Shown here: positions 57,946 to 64,000 of the stretch, piece by piece | Layout of the letters: every line of letters starts with the position of its first letter | Numbering within the stretch: position 1 is the first letter of the stretch | DNA from: Calditrichia bacterium | GTDB lineage: Bacteria; Calditrichota; Calditrichia; RBG-13-44-9; J075 | Assembly: GCA_050633245.1 (NCBI GenBank) | Contig: JBOEGD010000014.1 | Location: 1 to 64,000, forward strand | Length of the DNA: 64,000 nucleotides | Reading direction: 5' to 3' | Notes under the pieces: model-generated | What the model saw: the letters and a program-made list of their open reading frames with translations, nothing else | Databases searched by the model: none | What the model was told of the DNA's origin: nothing | Program-made: the position numbers and the translations under genes

Positions 57946-59121
57946 ATGATACGAGAAAAGATTGAGCAGGCTGGCACCATCTTAAAAGAATTGGATATTG
58001 ATTGCTGGCTGATCTTCCTGCGCGAAACATTGGTCACTCCAGACCCGATACAATCCTACGTAGTGGGCGCTGATGTGACCTGGGAATCTGCCTTTATCTT
58101 AACCGCCTCCGGACAGAGCATAGCCATTGTCGGCAGTCTGGATGCTGGTGAACTGCAAGAGCAACGCAACTTTGGACAAATTATCACTTATGTAGAAGGG
58201 ATTCGCCAAACTCTTCTGGAAACCCTGCTACAGATAAATCCCAATAAAATTGCCGTGAACTATTCCGAGAGTATTCCAGCCGCTGACGGCCTGACTCACG
58301 GTATGCGACTAAAGTTGGAAGAGTATCTGAAAGAAACCGATCTCGCAAAACGCATTGTGAGTGCCGAGCCGGTTATTACACGCCTGCGCGGGCGCAAAAC
58401 AGTATCGGAGAAGCAGGCCATGCAGCAGGCGATCGCTGAAACACTGGATATTTTTGCCGTTGCTGCTAATGCGATTCAACCCGGCAAAACAGAGTTGGAT
58501 ATTGCTAAAATTGTCCAGCAGGAAATGGATGATGCCGGTTTGGAACCAGCGTGGAGTCGCGCAATGTGTCCGGCAGTATTTACCGGCCCGGATACTGCTA
58601 TTGCACACGCTGCTCCAACTGAACGCATCATTGAAGCAGGTCATATTATCAACATGGATTTTGGCGTTAAAATTAATGGCTACTGCGCAGATCTACAGCG
58701 AAGCTGGTATGTTCGCCATGCGGACGAGAAGACAGCACCTGACGCGGTACAGCATGGTTTCGACACATTGATTGCTGCCATCACGCTTGGTGCAGAACAT
58801 ATGAGAACCGGTGCTATCGGTAAAGATATTGATACTGTTGTCCGCGAGTATCTAATAGCTAATGGCTACGAGGGTTATCCGCACGGCTTGGGGCATCAGC
58901 TTGGCCGGGTTGCGCATGATGGTGGTGCACTCGTGGCTCCTGCCTGGGAGCGCTATGGTAATACGCCGTTCATTCCGCTGGAGGCCGGACAGATCTTTAC
59001 CATCGAGCCTCGCCTAACTGTTAAAGGGCATGGTGTTGTGACCATCGAGGAAGAAGTGCTAATTACCGATTCTGGTGCCGAATTTCTTTCACCTCGCCAA
59101 CATAAAATATGGCTTCGCTAG
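57946..59121 (+). CDS. M24 family Xaa-Pro aminopeptidase
   Basis: DFG...YCADLQR, HGLGHQLG...HDGG, TIEP, IEE. Confidence 0.93.
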   Translation: MIREKIEQAGTILKELDIDCWLIFLRETLVTPDPIQSYVVGADVTWESAFILTASGQSIAIVGSLDAGELQEQRNFGQIITYVEGIRQTLLETLLQINPNKIAVNYSESIPAADGLTHGMRLKLEEYLKETDLAKRIVSAEPVITRLRGRKTVSEKQAMQQAIAETLDIFAVAANAIQPGKTELDIAKIVQQEMDDAGLEPAWSRAMCPAVFTGPDTAIAHAAPTERIIEAGHIINMDFGVKINGYCADLQRSWYVRHADEKTAPDAVQHGFDTLIAAITLGAEHMRTGAIGKDIDTVVREYLIANGYEGYPHGLGHQLGRVAHDGGALVAPAWERYGNTPFIPLEAGQIFTIEPRLTVKGHGVVTIEEEVLITDSGAEFLSPRQHKIWLR

Positions 59122-59134
59122 AAATGGTCTCCGA

Positions 59135-59890
59135 ATGCTTAAACTACATATTCTCACATTAAAGATACGCTGGCGGGCATTTTTACAGCGAATGCGCGAC
59201 CGACTTCGCAGCTTACGTAGCGGATTTTCACCCTGGTTGTTTGCCCTGAGCACGCTTTACACCATCTTTAAATATGCACTACTTCTGACGGCACCATTTA
59301 TTGTGCTGATACGAGGCGGTGTCTATTTATATGAAGCGTGGTACCTGCCACATTGGCTGGCATTGCTGGGGGGAGTCTTACTCTCTGCTCTCTTGCTCTT
59401 CATCTACTTAACCTGGATTTACGGAAGCGTTGCCGGACGCATTGGCTCACAAACTGCACTTACGACCCGCTATGCGATCGTCTTGTTATTTGTATTGGGT
59501 TACGCGTTGAACGGTTTGCTCTTCCTGGCAGATGGAAATGCCAAGCATCCGGCGGTACAAGAAGAATACAATAGCCTACATCCCATTCTACGACTGGGAA
59601 TCGGCACGATTGTCTTTTTTGATGAAGGGGTGGTAATCACAGATGCGAATCGAAAACCGGAAGATTACAAGCAGATGGGCTTACCTACCAAGTCCCGCTC
59701 GCTTCATTACAAGCAAAGCAGCGGCTACTCACATGCTATTGACATTCGCGTGAACGACCGTGGATTCTTCCGTAATGCTATAACAAAGGGCTATTTCAAC
59801 TTGATGGGATTCAATACGCTGCGCCACGGGGGAACGGCAGATCATCTTCATGTATCACTCTCGAGTAGGGATATTCCTGGCGGGATTTAG
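59135..59890 (+). CDS. Membrane protein with a C-terminal M15/LAS-like metallopeptidase motif set
   Basis: 3 TM helices, then ITDANR, SLH...AID and DHLHVS. Confidence 0.6.
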   Translation: MLKLHILTLKIRWRAFLQRMRDRLRSLRSGFSPWLFALSTLYTIFKYALLLTAPFIVLIRGGVYLYEAWYLPHWLALLGGVLLSALLLFIYLTWIYGSVAGRIGSQTALTTRYAIVLLFVLGYALNGLLFLADGNAKHPAVQEEYNSLHPILRLGIGTIVFFDEGVVITDANRKPEDYKQMGLPTKSRSLHYKQSSGYSHAIDIRVNDRGFFRNAITKGYFNLMGFNTLRHGGTADHLHVSLSSRDIPGGI

Positions 59891-59916
59891 TCAGAAGTGA
59901 GAAGTGCAGTTCTGCC

Positions 59917-60411
59917 TTATTCTAGCCGAAATTGCTGCGACTGAAACGGATTGCTACTATCATAATCGACGTCATTCGTAATATCCAAGAAACCGAGCGT
60001 CATTCGTGAACGGCCGTCTTCCGTTGATTCAACAAGAACAACAAAGTCATGCTGTAATCCTCCAGATAGAACGCCTCCTTCATCATTCAAAATGTAATCA
60101 ACAGACTCGCCGTTCGGCAGCTCTACCTCTACAAAAAACGGTTGATCCCATATAATATCCGGCTGTGGAGAACTAATCGAAAAGCATACTTCAAAAACAT
60201 AACCTTCAATCGGCCCCTGTATTCGTCGCCCCGGATAACTTCGAAGCACGGTAGCTGAGATGCCATACAGGGTGTCAACACAAGCAGCTTCAATAGAATT
60301 TAATGTAAAGGGATAGAATGATGAAGACCACGGGTCTTCCGGGTCGATCTGTTGCTTCACGCTGCTGCAGGAGCCAAACAGCACAATTGTCAATGGGATT
60401 AGCCAACGCAT
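59917..60411 (-). CDS. Hypothetical lipoprotein
   Basis: Lipobox FGSC. Confidence 0.6.
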   Translation of the reverse strand: MRWLIPLTIVLFGSCSSVKQQIDPEDPWSSSFYPFTLNSIEAACVDTLYGISATVLRSYPGRRIQGPIEGYVFEVCFSISSPQPDIIWDQPFFVEVELPNGESVDYILNDEGGVLSGGLQHDFVVLVESTEDGRSRMTLGFLDITNDVDYDSSNPFQSQQFRLE

Positions 60412-60487
60412 AACAATTCATCATAACCTTTTTTAAACAACAAAAGCAAGAGTAAAACCTTCCTTACCTTACTGCCTTACTGCCTTC

Positions 60488-62935
60488 TCACTTTCGACTC
60501 CGCTCAGTCTGACGCGGATTATCAGTCTTACTACTATTCAATAACTCAGTGTATTTTTCCACCTCTATTGGACGCGCTAAACTTTCATAAAGCTTAATAA
60601 GATATTTCAGGAGTGCAGCCTGCCTTTTTTGTAGCCGCTCGGGGTTCTTTTCAATCAATTCCAGACATTCCATAAAAAATGATTCAGCTTCAGAATAACG
60701 TTTTCTGTCTTGAAGCAGGCGAGCCATCGAATAGATGTAAACATAATTTCTATAATTCCCGGGCGGATAAGCCTTACGAGCAACTGTGACTGCCGCACGA
60801 TAGTGCATTTCCGCTTTGTCCATGTCATTCTTCTTGCGATAAAAACGTGCAGCGGTTCTTTCCAATCGAGCCCTTTGAAAATGGTCTTTAGCAACTGTGC
60901 TGTTCGTTATGTCAGTCAGCTCCTGCAATGCCCTTTCGGCCTCTTCAAACCGCTGAAGATCCGTCAAATTTTTTACAATTCGTCTTAAATTATCCTTAAC
61001 GTACGGATGCGCTGGCCCATGGGAGTCTTTGCTTATTTTTACCGAGCGGCGAAGTAATTTAATCGATGTTTCAAGGTCGCCATTCGTCATATGCAAACCG
61101 GCCAGGTTACTAAGAGCCAAACAGAGTCCTGGATGATTATCGCCATATATTCGCTCACGTCTCCAAAGAGACTCTTCATACAGCTTTTTCGCCTCATCCA
61201 GTCTCCCGGTACGACGGTATAATGCTCCCAGATTGTTTGCCACTATTGCGATCTGCGGATGGTATTCTCCATGATATTCTTTTGCCAGCGGCATCAGTTC
61301 ATTATACATTTGTTCAGCTTCTTCAAGCCTTCCGGAGCGACTGTAACTGGTGGCAAGGTTATTCATACTGGTCAGTCTCTGATCCATATCGTCGACGGCT
61401 TCTGCCAGCTGTAATGCCTTCTCATATAGAAGCATTGCTTCTTCATCTTTCCTAAGACGACGCTGAATCTTTCCAAGTAAGTTAAGCACCTCACAGTGCT
61501 TCTTTGGGCTGTATTCCGAAAGCCTATTATTACCAGCATATTTAAGCGTAACAGTTAATAGAGATTCTGCCTCAACGTACTTTCCAGTATAATAAAGCGC
61601 ATCGGCTAAAGTCTGGCGACTTTCAATTGTTTCAAAACTATCCTCTGAATAATGTTGAAGCGTTAAATCCAGTCCCTTTTTAAGGAGGTCCTTTGCCGGG
61701 TGCAGCAAACCTAATCGACGATAAACTCTACCGATCGTACGCGTTAGCAATACCTTTTCTTTCGGCTGACCCTTCAGTTCACTTTCAATACGTCTTGCAC
61801 CATTGTCCACTAATTTCTTTGCAGTAATATCGGTAGCATAATTACCACGTCTATTGTTGGTGTCAAAAAGGCCTTGAAGAAAACCGCTTAGTGTTTCCGC
61901 CCGCTTGAGCTGGCTAAATGCCTCCTGCTGTTCCTGTTGTAGTCTGAATGTATAGAACATAACGGTGAGGAAGATTGTAAGGATAATTGCTGCTGAAGGA
62001 AGAACAACAAGCGCATTGCGCTGCAAATACTTTTTTAGTACATATCCGTGACTTTTCGGTTTTGCCGAAATGGGCAAACCAACAGCATAGCGATCAATAT
62101 CTTCAGAAAATGCTTCAACAGACGCATAGCGCATCTCTGGTTGTTTGTCCAAAGCTTTCAGGCAAATGGTGTCTAGTTCACTTGTTATTGAACCGATTTT
62201 ATGAATACGCTCTGGTTCAACTCTGATTGATGGCTTTTCGATTTGAGTCTCAGTAATAATCCGGAGTGCCTGAAGGGCTGTTTTATTCTCAAGGTCAAAA
62301 AGAGACTCACCGGTTAGGATTTCATACAACACAACACCAAGCGAGTATATATCCGTCGCGGTTGTCAGCGCTTCACCTTTCACCTGTTCCGGACTGGCAT
62401 AGGCAGGAGTAAATAGCTGTTTTTCAATCGTAGCGCTATTGGTGTTCTTCTCCTGCAAACGCGCCAGACCAAAGTCAAGAAGCTTAATATGACCATCGCT
62501 ATCAACCAGAATGTGCTCTGGTTTCAAATCGCTATGGATAATCAGTTTTTGATGTGCATAACGAACCGCTGCACAAGCCTGCTGAAAAAGGCATAGTCTC
62601 TGAGGTAGTGAAAGATCGTTCTTTTTGCAGTAATGGGTAATGGAAACGCCTTCAACATACTCCATTACGTAATAAGGTTGGCCATCGGAAGTAATTCCGC
62701 CACCAAGCAGGCTGGCAATTCCCGGGTGCTGTAAGCTCGCAAGAATTTGCCGCTCACGCGCAAAGCGGCGCATGCCACCTTTCGTTTGCCGAAAGGCCTG
62801 CATTAGCTTTATAGCAACCTGCTGCTTATACCCACCATCAATGCGCTCTGCCAGCCAAACCTCCCCCATGCCACCGCTGCCAAGCGGCTCGAGGAGAGAA
62901 TATGGCCCAATATGTTGACCAGCCTGAAGAGGCAT
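60488..62935 (-). CDS. Hanks-type Ser/Thr protein kinase with a TM helix and TPR repeats
   Basis: GSGGMGEV, VAIK, HSDLKPEHIL, DFG, TPAYASPE, DIYSLG; TM segment; kinesin-light-chain-like TPRs. Confidence 0.93.
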   Translation of the reverse strand: MPLQAGQHIGPYSLLEPLGSGGMGEVWLAERIDGGYKQQVAIKLMQAFRQTKGGMRRFARERQILASLQHPGIASLLGGGITSDGQPYYVMEYVEGVSITHYCKKNDLSLPQRLCLFQQACAAVRYAHQKLIIHSDLKPEHILVDSDGHIKLLDFGLARLQEKNTNSATIEKQLFTPAYASPEQVKGEALTTATDIYSLGVVLYEILTGESLFDLENKTALQALRIITETQIEKPSIRVEPERIHKIGSITSELDTICLKALDKQPEMRYASVEAFSEDIDRYAVGLPISAKPKSHGYVLKKYLQRNALVVLPSAAIILTIFLTVMFYTFRLQQEQQEAFSQLKRAETLSGFLQGLFDTNNRRGNYATDITAKKLVDNGARRIESELKGQPKEKVLLTRTIGRVYRRLGLLHPAKDLLKKGLDLTLQHYSEDSFETIESRQTLADALYYTGKYVEAESLLTVTLKYAGNNRLSEYSPKKHCEVLNLLGKIQRRLRKDEEAMLLYEKALQLAEAVDDMDQRLTSMNNLATSYSRSGRLEEAEQMYNELMPLAKEYHGEYHPQIAIVANNLGALYRRTGRLDEAKKLYEESLWRRERIYGDNHPGLCLALSNLAGLHMTNGDLETSIKLLRRSVKISKDSHGPAHPYVKDNLRRIVKNLTDLQRFEEAERALQELTDITNSTVAKDHFQRARLERTAARFYRKKNDMDKAEMHYRAAVTVARKAYPPGNYRNYVYIYSMARLLQDRKRYSEAESFFMECLELIEKNPERLQKRQAALLKYLIKLYESLARPIEVEKYTELLNSSKTDNPRQTERSRK

Positions 62936-63062
62936 ACCATCACCCAGTTAGTAAGATCTACTAAAAACTACAAATACCTTGCGATAATTCGAGTGATGAA
63001 TGGGAATGATTAAGGTATCGAGAGTTTCTCTTATACATAGAGGCAATGAATTATAAAACTGC

Positions 63063-64000
63063 CTAATTTTCCGTAGATTCCAATAAAATCGCCCTAAACT
63101 TCTCTGCTTTTTCGGGTCGATCCATGCTGACATAGAGGCCAACTATTTTCTTTAGAAGAGGGGGATGTTCATTTGCCAATTGCGCGGCATTTTTTGAAAT
63201 GATCTCGAGGCAGTGCAAGAATATCGGATCGGCTTCGTCATATCGTTTTTGTTCCTGAAGAAAATCCGCAAGAGAATAAGAGTACGTGTAATGTTTATGG
63301 TTGTCTGCCGGGAATGCCTTTCGTATAATGCGCACCGCCTCACGATAGTGAACCTCTGCTTCATCAGGCCTTTTCATGGCATGATACAGATCCCCGGCAG
63401 ATTTCTTCACCCTGGCCATTCTTTCATGTTCTACGCCAAATGCAGTTTTTGTTAGTTCAATTAGCTCTTGATGCGTTTCTTGAGCTTCATTGTAACGCTG
63501 CACTTTCACCAGATCAGAGATAATATTAATTAAATTGTCCAGCACATAGCGATGATCATTGCCATAAAACTTTCTGCTTATTTCCGTAGAGCGTCGACGC
63601 AACTTTATTGCATGCTGCATGTCGCCTTTTTCAGCATGTAAATCAGCCAGATAATTCAACACAGAACGCAGTTTCGGATGGCTTTCTCCATAAACTTTTT
63701 CTCTTAAGCTTAGGGATTCCTGTAAATGCTGAATGGCTTTATCCGTCAGCCCAAGCTGCTGATATACGATTCCCAGACTAGACAAACTCGACGCCATGTG
63801 AGGGTGATCTTCTCCGAACTGATCCTTGACCAATGGTATCAGCCTAATTAATATGTCTTCCGCCTCAGCCATCTTATTTGTTCTTCTATAGGTGTTGGCG
63901 AGGTTAAACATACTCGTTAGCGTCTGAACCGTGTCTCCGGCCTCTTCTCCCATTTTCAATGCCTGTTCCAATAGTGGTATTGTCTCACTGTATTTCTTCT
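63063..64000 (-). CDS. TPR-repeat protein, 5'-truncated by the window edge; paralogue of the adjacent kinase C-terminus
   Basis: Frame is open to the window end; GEDHP/GESHP TPRs colinear with the 60488..62935 TPR region. Confidence 0.85.
   Translation of the reverse strand, partial: KKYSETIPLLEQALKMGEEAGDTVQTLTSMFNLANTYRRTNKMAEAEDILIRLIPLVKDQFGEDHPHMASSLSSLGIVYQQLGLTDKAIQHLQESLSLREKVYGESHPKLRSVLNYLADLHAEKGDMQHAIKLRRRSTEISRKFYGNDHRYVLDNLINIISDLVKVQRYNEAQETHQELIELTKTAFGVEHERMARVKKSAGDLYHAMKRPDEAEVHYREAVRIIRKAFPADNHKHYTYSYSLADFLQEQKRYDEADPIFLHCLEIISKNAAQLANEHPPLLKKIVGLYVSMDRPEKAEKFRAILLESTEN

Overview
Bacterial chromosomal window, densely coding, from a diderm organism (many lipoproteins and beta-barrels). 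The gene repertoire tentatively suggests an FCB-group or Calditrichota-like lineage, which is an inference. I saw no rRNA, tRNA, CRISPR array, transposase or prophage. Recognisable genes include hup, fliW, modABC, alr, comEC, ligA, htpX, rsmI, inositol-3-phosphate synthase with a CDP-alcohol phosphatidyltransferase, tmk, an S41 protease, galT and a selenocysteine-containing selD (in-frame UGA plus a SECIS-like hairpin). Four signals stand out. (1) A flagellar-type regulatory cassette: a sigma54 promoter, fliW, a stand-alone FliA-like sigma region-4 protein, then a sigma28 promoter and an FlgM-like gene. Further sigma28-type promoters precede non-flagellar genes. (2) Several full-length ORFs have lost their canonical catalytic residues: a PdxJ homologue, a GlgA homologue, an 8-PAS histidine kinase with His->Gln next to an intact hybrid kinase, a HEPN-like protein and a Ser/Thr kinase. 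(3) A Pseudomonas-like sigX/crfX/cmpX module occurs in a rearranged order. (4) Several REP-like and short tandem intergenic repeats and a candidate sRNA are present. All family assignments come from visual motif recognition, not database searches.
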